A stretch of DNA of 63,121 nucleotides, counting the filler, from Hausera hauseri (Eukaryota): the NCBI GenBank assembly GCA_046269625.1. It is 12 parts of 12 records of this genome, joined end to end, with 100 filler letters (N's around TTAATTAATTAA, not from the genome) between each part and the next. Parts side by side here need not be neighbours in the genome. Positions count along the whole stretch, not along the records: positions 33,758 to 39,399 come from JBJURY010215299.1; positions 39,500 to 43,870 come from JBJURY010612888.1; positions 43,971 to 48,988 come from JBJURY010360485.1; positions 49,089 to 54,033 come from JBJURY010384480.1; 8 more parts are not named here. The stretch is one strand, 5' to 3'. Positions 39,261 to 50,566 of the stretch are shown here, one piece after another; the first letter of the stretch is position 1; each line of letters starts with the position of its first letter. Both the position numbers and the translations under genes were made by a program. The notes under the pieces are model-generated. The model saw only the letters and a list, made by a program, of their open reading frames with translations, had not been told where the DNA came from and made no database searches.

Positions 39261-39399
39261 TCAATCTGCGATGCAAATATCCAACTCGGTTTATTGTATC
39301 CATGCCACTTGAGGAAATATTATTTATTCGAACCTTTGCCACGTGAACGTAGAATTTCCTGAATACGATATACATCGGGTTTCTCGGGCAGTACCTGCA
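39260..39399 (-). pseudogene. C-terminal chromodomain of the Polinton integrase, truncated by the contig edge
   Basis: Manual translation: QVLPEKPDVYRIQEILRSRGKGSNK*YFLKWHGYNKPSWIFASQIE*. Confidence 0.7.
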
Positions 39400-39499
39400 N
39401 NNNNNNNNNNNNNNNNNNNNNNNNNNNNNNNNNNNNNNNNNNNTTAATTAATTAANNNNNNNNNNNNNNNNNNNNNNNNNNNNNNNNNNNNNNNNNNNN

Positions 39500-40489
39500 G
39501 GAACCGGGAGAGGTTTTAGATCCTGCACTCATAGAAGTAATGCCCACGTCAAAAATAGAGTCCCGAAAATACGCATTTTCTCTTGTAGAAAAACTTAGCT
39601 CTATATCTTCTTGAAAAAGTCTCCAAGCAGCAATTAACTGAATGAAATTTTTGTCAGGAATTGTTCCAAAGGGGTCTGAAGAACTGGCTGTCTTTTTAAT
39701 TCGAGGAAAAGATATACAGTATTTTGTTTTCCAATATCTTTTTTTTAGATATTCCACGTGAGCACCCAAAAAAACATTCTCCACTCTAAAGTCTTCAAGA
39801 CCAAGTAACACTCCCAGTCCCATTTTCCTAATACCTGCTTTCCCTGTGCGGTCAGCTGTTTCTAGGCGGTAGATAAAGTTGGACTTTTTTCCTTTCAGAT
39901 GGTATTTGGAGTAATTTTTTTCATGATAGGTTTCTTGGTAGCAGTAGACGGCATCAAGCCCCTTTTTTGTCAAGGTTTCGTAGGCTGATAAATCCAGTGG
40001 CTGAACTTCAAAAGCTACAGAGGAGAACTCTTTTCTAGCTATTTTTAAGACCTTGCTTAGGTAGCTTAGACCTGCTTCTTTGGCATTTTCTCCTGTTAAA
40101 ATAACGACTTGATCGTGCCCCATGTCTTTAATGGCTTTTATTTCTTTATAAATTTCTTCTTCAGATAAGGCTAACCTCTGTATTTTATTGGTATAGCTAT
40201 ACCCACAGTAGGTACAGACGTTGTTACAATAATTCGAGACATAAAGGGGGATATAGAGTTGGATGACATTTCCAAAGCGCTTTTTTGTGAGGAGGTGACT
40301 TTGGCTTGTCATAATGCCTAGGTAATCCTCTGCTGTTTTAGAAAGAAGGACAAGGAAATCGTCTAAAGATTTCTTTCCTTTTTTTTCCAGCACATTTTCT
40401 ACCTCATGAGGCTTGACATTTTGTAATTTATCAGATATTTCTTCCCAAGAAAGTTTTGAGGAAATATCATAAAAAGTTTTTATTTCCAT
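39500..40489 (-). CDS. thiH: 2-iminoacetate synthase (radical SAM), 3' end truncated by the contig edge
   Basis: LYIPLYVSNYCNNVCTYCGYS (CxxxCxxC); ILTGE; YQETYH; GVLLGL; ISFPRI; FSTRE; SMSAGSKT. Start overlaps the upstream stop (TAATG). Confidence 0.88.
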
Positions 40490-41052
40490 TAAACAGCAAG
40501 CACCACGATTTCTGGATCGATCTCGTCTCGTAAAATTCCTTCAATGCTATAAAGCGTTCCTGAAGTAGAGGTGGGGCAGCCCCCACAAGCTCCTTCATAA
40601 TGGATAAAAACTCTTTTTTGTTCATCGTATTTGAGCACTTGTAAGTCTCCTCCATCCATTTGTAGGGCAGGTCGAATGTGTCGGTCTAGGATTTCATTGA
40701 TCTCTCGTAACTCTTTAGGCATATTCTCATAACTTGCTTGTCTTTTTGATTCTTCGGAGGGCAAAGTAAAGTCTGGGTCGTGGCTATCAAGCATGGTTTG
40801 TAAAATCTCTACAGCTTTTTCTTCTATAGGATCCCAGTCAAAGTCCTCTACCTTCGTAATAGTAATAAAGTTTTCAAAAAAATATACCTGTACCACCCCT
40901 TGTATGTCCAAGAGAGCCCCTGCCAAAGGAACCTCCGTACAGTCTAAAGGCGTATTAAAGCTTGCCTTTTTTCCATTAGAGATAATATCAAACCCTAGAA
41001 CAAATTTTCTAGCATCTGGGTTTGGGGTTCCTAAAACTTCAATATCAAACAT
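40489..41052 (-). CDS. NifU/Nfu-family Fe-S carrier protein (Nfu_N plus NifU C-terminal domain)
   Basis: TPNPDARKF; IRPALQMDGGD; YEGACGGCPTS. Start reassigned to the ATG at 41052, which has an AGGAG RBS. Confidence 0.88.
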   Translation of the reverse strand: MFDIEVLGTPNPDARKFVLGFDIISNGKKASFNTPLDCTEVPLAGALLDIQGVVQVYFFENFITITKVEDFDWDPIEEKAVEILQTMLDSHDPDFTLPSEESKRQASYENMPKELREINEILDRHIRPALQMDGGDLQVLKYDEQKRVFIHYEGACGGCPTSTSGTLYSIEGILRDEIDPEIVVLAV

Positions 41053-41060
41053 GTTGTCTC

Positions 41061-41510
41061 CTATTTTTCTCCCATCACAAGATCTTTTTTTCCTTCTAAG
41101 GCATACCTTAGAGCATGCCAGGGAAGAAGAGCACATTTTACTCGTGCAGGATAATTCCATATACCGGAAAAAACGGCTAATTTTCCTAGAGAAGAACTTT
41201 CTTCTTCACCTATTTCGTGTTTCACCAGTTTTTGAAATTCCGTAAAAAGATGCTCTACTTCTTCCAAAGATTTCCCCTTAAGAACCTCTGTCATGAGAGA
41301 GGCAGAGGCAACAGATATAGAACAGCCGTAACCTTTGTGCTTTATATCTTTTATGCGTTTTTCTTCCACGTCTAAGGTAACGTGTATCTCGTCTCCACAA
41401 AAAGGGTTATAGGTGGTGTTCGAGTGGGTAAAATGATCTAAAACGCCTTTATTTTTGGGAGATTTATTGTGTTCTAAAATAAGTTGTTGATATAGTTCTC
41501 TATCTATCAT
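41061..41510 (-). CDS. sufU: SUF-system sulfur-transfer/scaffold protein SufU
   Basis: LYQQLILEHNKSPKN; NPFCGDEI; GCSISVASAS; PARVKCALLPW; GGAGG RBS. Confidence 0.92.
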   Translation of the reverse strand: MIDRELYQQLILEHNKSPKNKGVLDHFTHSNTTYNPFCGDEIHVTLDVEEKRIKDIKHKGYGCSISVASASLMTEVLKGKSLEEVEHLFTEFQKLVKHEIGEEESSSLGKLAVFSGIWNYPARVKCALLPWHALRYALEGKKDLVMGEK

Positions 41511-41525
41511 AAATTACGTCCTCCT

Positions 41526-42734
41526 TCAAAAAATTTCATGGACTTTGTGTAGTGCCCGAGCTAACTGAACAACGTCTTCTTCCTCATTGTAAAAAGCAAA
41601 AGAGGCTCTTGTGAGAGATGGTTCATGAAAGCTATTTAAAAGTGGCCATGCACAGTGTTTACCCGTCCGCACACAGACTCCTTCGGAATCTAAAATAGTT
41701 CCTACGTCATGAGGATGAACTCCTTCTACACTAAAAGAATAAATAGGGGCTTTATGGTCTTTTTTCCCGATGACACGTACGCCTTTGATGGGGTAAATAA
41801 TCTCTTGTATTTTTTTCTCCAGAAACTGCAGTTTATTACTGATGCGTTCGTATCCTATGTCTAGGAGGAACTCTACGGCAGCCCCGAGACCTAAAATGCT
41901 TTCAATAGGGGGAGTCCCTGGCTCAAAACGATTTGGGAGGTCGCAAAATACGGTTTTTTCTTTGGTCACGTTTTGGATAGCTCCTCCTCCAGAAAAAAGC
42001 ACCGGAAGATTCTCTAGTCTCTCTTTTTTTCCGTATAAAACCCCAGACCCACTGGGGGCACACATCTTGTGGGAGGAAAAAACAAGAAAATCCACGTCTA
42101 AGTCTCTCACATCGATAACGTGGTGTAAAACGGCTTGGGCTGCATCGGTGATAAATATAGCTCCTACCTCATGAGCTAAAGACGCCATTAATTTGATAGG
42201 GTTTATGGTTCCTAAGACATGGGAAGTGTGAACGATAGAAACTACCCTAGTTTTTGGAGACAGGAGTTTTTTATAGGCTTCCATATCCAGATCTCCTGTT
42301 GGTAAAACAGGAACATAGTGTAGGGTTAACTTTTTCATATCTCTAAGAATTTGCCAAACCACCATATTGGCATGATGCTCCATTTCAGATAAAATGATCT
42401 CGTCTCCTTCCTTAAGGGACTGACAAAGACTGTGAGCTAAAAGATTGAGGGAGGCAGTGGCACCACTGGTAAATAGTATTTCTTTCTCGGACTTGGCACC
42501 AAGAAATTTCTTTACTTTACTTCTTGTTTCATCAAAAAGCCGATCGTTTATCTGAGCAAAGTAAAAGTCGCCACGGTGTATATTCGACGTGTGCTTTTCA
42601 TAGAATTCTACGACTTTATTGATAACTACTCTTGGTTTTAAGGCAGTAGCAGAGTTATCTAAATAGGCTAATCTTTTACCATGAACTTTTTCCTTTAAGA
42701 TGGGAAATAATTCAGAAAAAGTGATATTTTTCAT
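41526..42734 (-). CDS. sufS: Cysteine desulfurase SufS
   Basis: YLDNSATALKP; EHHAN; DAAQ; FSSHKM (PLP lysine); FEPGTPPI; RTGKHCA (group II); RASFAFYN. Confidence 0.95.
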   Translation of the reverse strand: MKNITFSELFPILKEKVHGKRLAYLDNSATALKPRVVINKVVEFYEKHTSNIHRGDFYFAQINDRLFDETRSKVKKFLGAKSEKEILFTSGATASLNLLAHSLCQSLKEGDEIILSEMEHHANMVVWQILRDMKKLTLHYVPVLPTGDLDMEAYKKLLSPKTRVVSIVHTSHVLGTINPIKLMASLAHEVGAIFITDAAQAVLHHVIDVRDLDVDFLVFSSHKMCAPSGSGVLYGKKERLENLPVLFSGGGAIQNVTKEKTVFCDLPNRFEPGTPPIESILGLGAAVEFLLDIGYERISNKLQFLEKKIQEIIYPIKGVRVIGKKDHKAPIYSFSVEGVHPHDVGTILDSEGVCVRTGKHCAWPLLNSFHEPSLTRASFAFYNEEEDVVQLARALHKVHEIF

Positions 42735-43870
42735 AAAACCTCCTCTAAAGTTTTTTTTATTTTATCATAGGCAACAAAGCTTGGTAGCACTTCTTCTACG
42801 AAACCTTCAGTAAAGAGTTTAATTGCTTGTTTGGGGGATATTCCACGACTTTGCATGTAAAAAAAAGGCTCTTTCGGAAGCTTCCCTATAGAGGTTCCAT
42901 GAGAACTCTCGACTTCTTCGCAGTTTATGTCCAGTTGTGGTCTACAAAAGGCTCTTGCTTTCTCTGAGAAGCTAAGGACTTGTGCTAGTTGAGAAGATTT
43001 GGAAGTATCGGCATTTTTTGCAATATGAACTTCTCCGGTAAAAACAAACTTACTCTCGTCTTTTATAATACTCTTATACAGCTGTGAACTCGTTGTTTTT
43101 GGGGCTTGGTGGCTTACAAAAGTGAAATAGTCAGAGCTGGATTTTTCCGAAATTAAAGACACCCCCTCTGCCTCAAAAGTAGCCTCTTCTTCTTTTAAAG
43201 CCACGTATAAAGAACTTCTAGAGTAAGGGCTTCCTAACTGGACTTGCTTTACTTTTAAAGAACTTCCCCGTTCTTGGAACACCCGATGCTGAATGCTGTA
43301 AAAAGATGCAGAGGCATATATATTTTCTTCAAAATGGAGACTTGCTTTTTCTTTTAAAAGAGTCCGTAGGGTGAGACTACTGAAGTTCTTGGAACTGTCT
43401 TTGGAAGAGACAAAAGAAAAGACAAGCCTTAACTGAACGCCCTTTTCCACGATAATCTCGAAATTTTCTGGGAGTAACTCGTCTTTAGTAGAAATAAACC
43501 ACAAGATATGAATATTTTTGGAGGGACTTTTTTGTACCTCGAGATGAATACCTTTTTTACAGTAGAAAAAATTGAGGGCTTCAAAAAAATTGAGAGGGGA
43601 TTTTTTCCCAAAAACAGAAAAATCTTTTCCTTTTTGAAGCTCTTGCCCATACGTTAAAAATAGAGAGTTTTCTAGGCCGTCACTTAATTCTTCGTTTAAA
43701 AAACCATCTAAAAAAACCAGATTGAAGCTTTCTGCAAGTTTAAACTCCTCGATAAGGTTTTTGTCTTTTTCTTGTAAAAAAGGCTTTTTTCTTTGTAAAA
43801 AAAAAGGAGTGCTAGCAAGGAGCCCAAATTCCGCATAACGAAAATCTTCACTTTTTCTATCCGGAAAAGA
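42731..43870 (-). CDS. sufD: Fe-S assembly protein SufD, 5' end truncated by the contig edge
   Basis: The frame appears open from the contig edge (FPDRKSEDFRYA) through the listed ORF; HQAPKTTSSQLYK; FTGEVHI; PQLDINCEEVESSHG; FYMQSRGI. Confidence 0.88.
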   Translation of the reverse strand, partial: SFPDRKSEDFRYAEFGLLASTPFFLQRKKPFLQEKDKNLIEEFKLAESFNLVFLDGFLNEELSDGLENSLFLTYGQELQKGKDFSVFGKKSPLNFFEALNFFYCKKGIHLEVQKSPSKNIHILWFISTKDELLPENFEIIVEKGVQLRLVFSFVSSKDSSKNFSSLTLRTLLKEKASLHFEENIYASASFYSIQHRVFQERGSSLKVKQVQLGSPYSRSSLYVALKEEEATFEAEGVSLISEKSSSDYFTFVSHQAPKTTSSQLYKSIIKDESKFVFTGEVHIAKNADTSKSSQLAQVLSFSEKARAFCRPQLDINCEEVESSHGTSIGKLPKEPFFYMQSRGISPKQAIKLFTEGFVEEVLPSFVAYDKIKKTLEEVL

Positions 43871-45176
43871 NNNNNNNNNNNNNNNNNNNNNNNNNNNNNN
43901 NNNNNNNNNNNNNNTTAATTAATTAANNNNNNNNNNNNNNNNNNNNNNNNNNNNNNNNNNNNNNNNNNNNTCCCTAATTTCTTATCTAAATACATTGGAT
44001 TTATGGACGCGCTTAGAGCATTTAGGGCTTGATGGATTACTCAACGTAAAACTAAGGATTACATACACGGCAACCTTGCTTTGATTTAATGCAATTATAA
44101 GTATTTCAGTCATATTTGTTTCTATTGACGATATATTGATTTGGTAAATTTGTATACGTACGATAAAATGTTTGTGTGCATGTAGTGGGGTATCTATTAA
44201 GCCTATTCACACTGTATATTGTTTAAATAAAATGAAATAAATTAACAGACATTTGTACAGTATTGCCCCCATCCATCCTAAAACCAAAAATTACGTATAT
44301 TTTAATAGACCTTTAATTTATTCTAATTATTCTGTAATAAGTAAACAGCATCGTCGCTATGGAAAATTTGTTTTTGTATGTTAAATTTGTGTGCATGTTC
44401 AAGGGGTCGTAACTGTATACGTGCCAATTAACATTATCATATTCATACAATTGTTCTTCGAGTAGACGTCACATGGTATTTACACAGATTAAATTTTGAA
44501 TATCCTGTACATATGCTGGAGGTTAATACATACGAAATCTGTTTTCAGACATAAAAAATTTAATTTATATGAATTTTTGGAAATTTTCATCATTGCAGCG
44601 TTACTGTTTCTGTGCCTGTTTTAAACTTTGTTTAAATAATATGAACTTATTTGAGTTTTCTTGTTTCAGAATATTTTTCATCGCTCTACGTAGTCTAATA
44701 ACACTATAAATTTTACGTAATAATTTTATAATTTACGTATTGTTTCATTTTAGTCACCCGAAGATCAATCACCAAACAGTACATTTTCGGTTCAAGAGGA
44801 TCTAAGTTATCTCGATAAATTCAGAACTCCAGTCAATTTCAAGAAGTTAATCGAAAAACCCCCAGAATTATCCTTTGGCAACACACCAGTTAGTCCACAA
44901 CAGAACTTTCGTCATCTAATTTGATCTCCAATTGACTACGGATCGTCGGATAATTGTTTGTTAAATAACTCTATTTCTAACGAACACAGAAATATTCCAT
45001 GTCGGAAAACTTATCCCAAGTTAGATTTTGCCGTCGAAGATTTATTCGGTAACATTTTTTTTAATGCCAATGCTGTTCATTCCAAAGAAATGTTCCCCAC
45101 TCTACTAACCAAACCAACTCATCATCCACCTTTACAAAAACCGTGGAAAGTCCATTTGGAGGAACTCAAATGACAG

Positions 45177-45911
45177 ATGGAAAGAGAAAAAATCGAAGCA
45201 GCATTAAGACCAGACATTTTCGGGGAATTCAGCAGAAACATCGCAGCAAAATTGATCGCATTCAAAAACGAATATTTTCCCACACCCGATGGTGGAACTG
45301 CTGCTGCAGTCGGCGACACGACGGAACCCACGAAACCCGTTGAGAAAACCCAAGAACTTCCAACAGAACAGTCGAGAAATTATCTCCGCGAATGCGAACT
45401 CGCCCATCCGCCATTTAATTATGAGAAGTATAAAAAGCAGCGAGATGCGGATTTAGCGGCCGGTATTGTCAGAACTCCTTGCTACATTGAGCCTCTTATT
45501 TCTGCCGAACAGGCACAGGCGATGGAAGAGAAATTTCGACAGTTTGCCGCTGAAATGCGTAGAGAAAACGCATGGATGAATGAATCACCAGATGAATCCA
45601 AATCGAAGGTTACGTCGACAAGACGGAATGTCACTCCCGCTGCCGTTACAAGACCAATTGTACGGCGGAATATCACACCGGCTGCCGCTGTCAGCAAAGA
45701 AAACGTCCGGCCACGACGGAACGTTGCTCCTTTGGCAGACGTCCGAAAGCCAATCGAAAGATCGGAACGTCGAAATGTGCCAGCAACAACAAATCCGATC
45801 AAATCAGTCAGAAATGCAGACAAAACGAGTTCCGCCAAAGTCCAATCGAGAACGAAATTGCCGGTTTCGTCGTCACTACCAGTTGCCAACAGAAATGCCG
45901 CTTGGAAGTGA
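45177..45911 (+). CDS. Hypothetical protein with a basic, disordered C-terminus carrying four RRN(V/I) repeats
   Basis: 244-aa ORF with higher GC than its flanks; probably the last exon of a longer gene; no family recognised. Confidence 0.5.
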   Translation: MEREKIEAALRPDIFGEFSRNIAAKLIAFKNEYFPTPDGGTAAAVGDTTEPTKPVEKTQELPTEQSRNYLRECELAHPPFNYEKYKKQRDADLAAGIVRTPCYIEPLISAEQAQAMEEKFRQFAAEMRRENAWMNESPDESKSKVTSTRRNVTPAAVTRPIVRRNITPAAAVSKENVRPRRNVAPLADVRKPIERSERRNVPATTNPIKSVRNADKTSSAKVQSRTKLPVSSSLPVANRNAAWK

Positions 45912-46868
45912 AATTTATATGCCGTTATTGTAAATGATTTCGTTTTCTTTGTGTTTGATTTGAATTTCTTTACATTGCTGGATTCGTTTGCATGGCTTGT
46001 TTGATGTGGATTGTGTCGATCCTTCTCTCTGTTCGAATTCCCTTGCCATAGTGGGGGGGGTACTAATGCAAACTGTACTCCCAACGAATAGAGGGAGTAC
46101 AAAAAAGTACTCATCCTAGTTAAATGCAAATTGTAAAGGAAGCAAAATGTCAAACCCTCAAAGCTAAATATCTTACACGTTTGACTCATGAAGCGGGTGG
46201 GGGATGATGTAAACTGTGTTCACGTCAACTCACTCCTCAATTGAATTATTTAATTTGCAGTCGTAAATAGGAAAGTCCTATATTAATATCGTCGCATCTT
46301 AGAAATCATGGGAAAGTAAAGTCATTCTGATTAATTCGATTAAATTTATTTTTCCCGATTGGCAACTTTCACAACGAAACTAAAACAAAGTTCTGGTGTG
46401 ACAAATATTTATTTGAAAAAATGAGCAGAAATTTTATCAAAGTTCAAAAGATTTGTGCAATACAGGAGCCTCGAACACAGGTATCCGTGCAAAAAATTTC
46501 GGGTAAAATTCACCAACTTTTCACAGTCCTTTTTTTCTGTCTGTCATATCATAACTTCAAAAGAAATAATTCTGACGATTCTCTGAACGAGGTTCCTCTT
46601 TGCGATATCGGGCATTACAAAATATCCTCAAAATGGGAAATTTAAACTTTCGAAAATAGTCATAAAATGGTATTGGCGATAGGAAAATTACGAAAATAGA
46701 TTTTGCATATAGTCTGAAAAAATCAAGAATTGTCAAAGTTATACCATTACAATGTTAAAGAAAACGTTTCGTTCAAATTTATGAAATAGATTACATTTCT
46801 ACTGTACTTTATGACCTTGAACCTCACAAAATAATAAATAAAACAGAATAACTAAAAAGCAGTATAAA

Positions 46869-48904
46869 TTAATATTCATTGAGCCAATCGCTGGCTGCTC
46901 GTTCAAAATCATCGAATCCAGTCAGAGTCTGAGTTTCATCGATATCATCTGGAAACTCAAGTTTATTTTCTTCAACCCAAGATGTTGTTCCATCTCCGTT
47001 ATCAACTCGAATTCTTTGTCGAACTTTGTTGGGTAATTTGGCTGTGACTTGTGCTAAACTGTCTTCATCACCAAAATTCTCCTCAAACTCTTTCCATTGA
47101 TTCAACAGCAATTCCCGCTGTGCATTGTCCATATTACGCAATGACGTATTCGCCCTACGAAATATCTCCCGTCCACGCGATACCGCCAATTCCGCACTGT
47201 CATCATCATCCGGATCGAATGTTATGAGCTGCATTCGTGCGTAACTAATCCAAACCAATGCATGTTCCTCAATCTCCAACAGTCGCTCATGAAGCCGCCA
47301 ACATCGATCATACTCTTCCAGACTCGCTTCAAAATCGATGTAACTTTTCCACACAAACGACGGTTTCTCCAAATCCGTTTTCAAAGCATTCTCATAAATC
47401 TCACGAACTCGTTCGTTTTCCTTTACTCTCTGTTCAAATTTCGCATATTCAATCCATGACAAATGGTATGATGGACAGAATGTGATGAATTTCACAAATA
47501 ACTGCCGCACTCGGTCAAATTCCAGCAATGTCGTTTCCATTTCTATGTAATGACGAAAAAGTTTATTTTTCGGACATCGACCCAATGCATTGCCAAATAT
47601 TTTACGAGCAGCACTAAAATTTTCTTGACGAATTTCCAATTCAGCGAGGTAAATCCAAATTTTGGCGAATGTGAATTTTCGATGGGGAATGTGAGTCAGA
47701 CAAACAGTGTAGATTTCTCGTGCGCGACTGGGATTTTCGCATCGTAATTCTTCAAAAATTGCATATTTTATCCATAGATAAATATATCGACGCCAGTAAT
47801 ATTTTTTCTCTATAAGCGGTTTGTTCGCGATTGCTCGTTCGTATAGAGTTCGTATTTCATAGGGATCCTGTTTCTCCTCTTCCATCATCGATAGGTAACT
47901 AAACCATTCGTCGTAATTGTATTTATCTTCTGCAACCACCTTCTCGTAATGATATTTACGTTTGATCACGATCGAATCTTGAATCGTCATTTTATCACCA
48001 AACTTTTTCTCGTATTCGTGATATGCCTTGTAAATTTCCTCTGACAGACTTTTTGGTAAATTGTCCAAAGCATATTTGAATATCGCTTTTACACGTTCGT
48101 GTTCTCTCTGTCGTTCTTCGAACTTCGCGAATTCGATCAAAATGAGTGCTGGGGGATTTTCTTTGCCGAAATAATTCACCGCGGACTCGTAAACACTTCT
48201 TGCTATATCAATTCGACGACTTCTCTCTTCAAATTTTCCCCATTTGACCCAATTCTGTTCTGTCTGGTGAACTTGCACGAACTTCTTATAGATCTCATGA
48301 GCATTGTCTAATTCACCATAGCGAGTTTCCATATTAATAAATGTTTGCCATGCTTGTTCGTCTGGTTCCCAGCGCATCCAATTTTTGAAAATCCTTCTGG
48401 CCACTTCAATATTTTTCATTTTCTGTTCCATATATACGTATTTATACCATAGTTGATTTTTTCTGGGTAAAATTTTCAATGCTCGATCAAGAATATTTCT
48501 AGCATGGTTTATTTGCTTACACTCTATTTCCATCTCAGCATACTTGACCCATAATTCAACGTGTTGATAACGCAAATTGAACGCTCTTTCAAATACGTTT
48601 CGAGCTTTTATTATTTCACCCTGTGATTTTTCAAATTGGGCATATCTCTGAAATGTTGACAAACTCTTTTCACTTTTTCTAAGGTTGTTTTCGAAGTTTT
48701 GTCTCTTCTGTTGTTGATATTCTCTTTTCTCAGCATCTGTTGTTATTTTTGTTGCGGTGGTTTTGGTGTGGATTCAAGTTCACGCTCTTTGGCTTCGCGC
48801 AAAAGCTGTTCCGCGGTTATTTGAATTGGAGCTGGTGTTTTATTACGAACTTTCATTGTTTTCGGTCGTTTCCCAAGGGTAACATTTTCGTCATTAAAAT
48901 TCAT
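46869..48904 (-). CDS. CRNKL1: Crooked-neck/Clf1 pre-mRNA splicing factor (HAT repeats), with a one-base frameshift near 48745
   Basis: KVRNKTPAPIQITAEQLLREAKER; ARNVFERA; LWVKYAEME; NQLWYKYVYME; YWRRYIYLWIKYAIFEEL; IPHRKFTFAKIW; GRCPKNKLFRHYIEME. No introns apparent. Confidence 0.92.
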
Positions 48905-49090
48905 GGAAAAGAATTGTTTAGATTTGTCCAAATTTAATGTGTACATAATATCTATTGACTAATGGTACTTTCTACCCTATTATAATTCNNNNNNNNNNNN
49001 NNNNNNNNNNNNNNNNNNNNNNNNNNNNNNNNTTAATTAATTAANNNNNNNNNNNNNNNNNNNNNNNNNNNNNNNNNNNNNNNNNNNNGA

Positions 49091-49928
49091 ATGGGAGAGA
49101 CTATAAAACGAGTTATTCAAGAGTACGGAATTTGCAGAAAAATGAAAGCAGACACAACAGCAACCAAGGAAGCATTTCTGCCCCTAGAAGAAATCAAGCT
49201 TTTTCATCAGATAGTCATGGATATCGCACATTTTTCATTATCGAAATGGGGTTCCAGGTACCTATTAGTAATGGTGGATAGTTTTAGCAAGTTAGATTCG
49301 TTAGCGGTGATAAACTTACAATTTTAACAGATAGCGGGAAAGTGTTCGAAAGTGCAAAGATGCGACATATGTGCAAACAGCTGGGAATTAAACAGGAATT
49401 TACTGCACCTTATCAACATCAAACAAACGGTCTGGCAGAACGGACGATACGGACAATAAGAGACATAATTTATGCGACTTTGAAAACAGATGAGGATAAA
49501 TAAAGCTGGGACATCATAATCACGAGAATAGAGTTCGCCATAAATGCAACTTGGCAGGCAACAATTGGAATGAGCCCCTCTGAAGTATTGTTCGGAAAGA
49601 AACTGCTTTGCATGGGTTGCATCAAGATGCGGGAGTCCAAACAAACCTGACAGCGAAGCAGAATAGTAAAAAGGTCGCCGAAAGATTACAGCTATTGGAA
49701 GATCGAAAACGCGGACACCGAATGTTTCTAGTGGGGAAAGAGGTATTATTAAAAAAATACTCGCATAAAAGAAAGAAAGATGTGGATAGATACGAAGGAC
49801 CATACCGAATAGTTAAATTCCTTACTCCACATCAGGCAGTACTACAATTCCCGAATAGACTGAAACGCAGACAAATCGAGTGGTTAAGAGTGATGTCAAA
49901 CGATAAAACAGAGAAAAAGGGAAGTTAG
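49091..49928 (+). mobile_element. Gypsy integrase relic (frameshifted), followed by a PPT-like tract
   Basis: IVMDIAHF...YLLVMVDSFSK; ILTDSGKVF; PYQHQTNGLAERTIRT; RYEGPYRIV. GAGAAAAAGGGA is followed by AGTTA at about 49923. Confidence 0.85.
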
Positions 49929-50566
49929 AAAATGATAATTTGGTTAAATAATGTGAGTGTTATGGTAGTTTAATAAATTGATATGGAGTCTTCTAGTTTT
50001 CTTACTCTTAGTCAAAGTCAAAAAAACATTGGTGTAAAGTTTTGATTCAAGAAATGGTTCCTCGATTTTTATGTTTGNNNNNNNNNNAACTTTCTTTAGA
50101 TTTAGGGTTAGGTTTAGAAATATGTTTAGAGTTAGATGGACACAATGAATCTTAGTAAAATTGGTGTTTTGTGTTAAGGGAGAATTATGTACAAGAGTCA
50201 AATATAAAAATCAAAAATTCAAAATTCTATTGAAATTCATTCAAATAATGTATTTAAACAAGGCAATGTATAGAAATTTATCAATATCTAAAAATACTGG
50301 ATAATCCGCATAAACTTCGATTTTGTAATATAAAATCAAAAAATTTTTTTCAACCAAGATTTTTAAGTTTTTCGTCCGCTGATTTATTTGATAGCTCAAT
50401 TTTGTTTTTTAGAAAAATTCTAAGATTTACCGAAATCGGGTGAATCTACCTTATATAGTTTAATGAAATTCCAATTTTCTTATTCAAAACATTTTCGAAT
50501 GTTGTTTTAATTAACCACAGATTTCAATATCTTTGTTTCACGACTTGTAATTCTTACACCGTTTCA

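Noticed and set aside
41053-41160. N-terminal extension of the Nfu protein (ORF start at 41160)
   Set aside because: It overlaps sufU in another frame; the ATG at 41052 has an RBS and begins the conserved domain.
39500-43870. Horizontal transfer of a suf operon into the eukaryote
   Set aside because: The contig is bacterial from end to end and bounded by linkers; no eukaryotic flank is present.
45482-46189. 235-aa minus-strand ORF
   Set aside because: Antisense shadow of the 45177-45911 ORF with no recognisable motifs.
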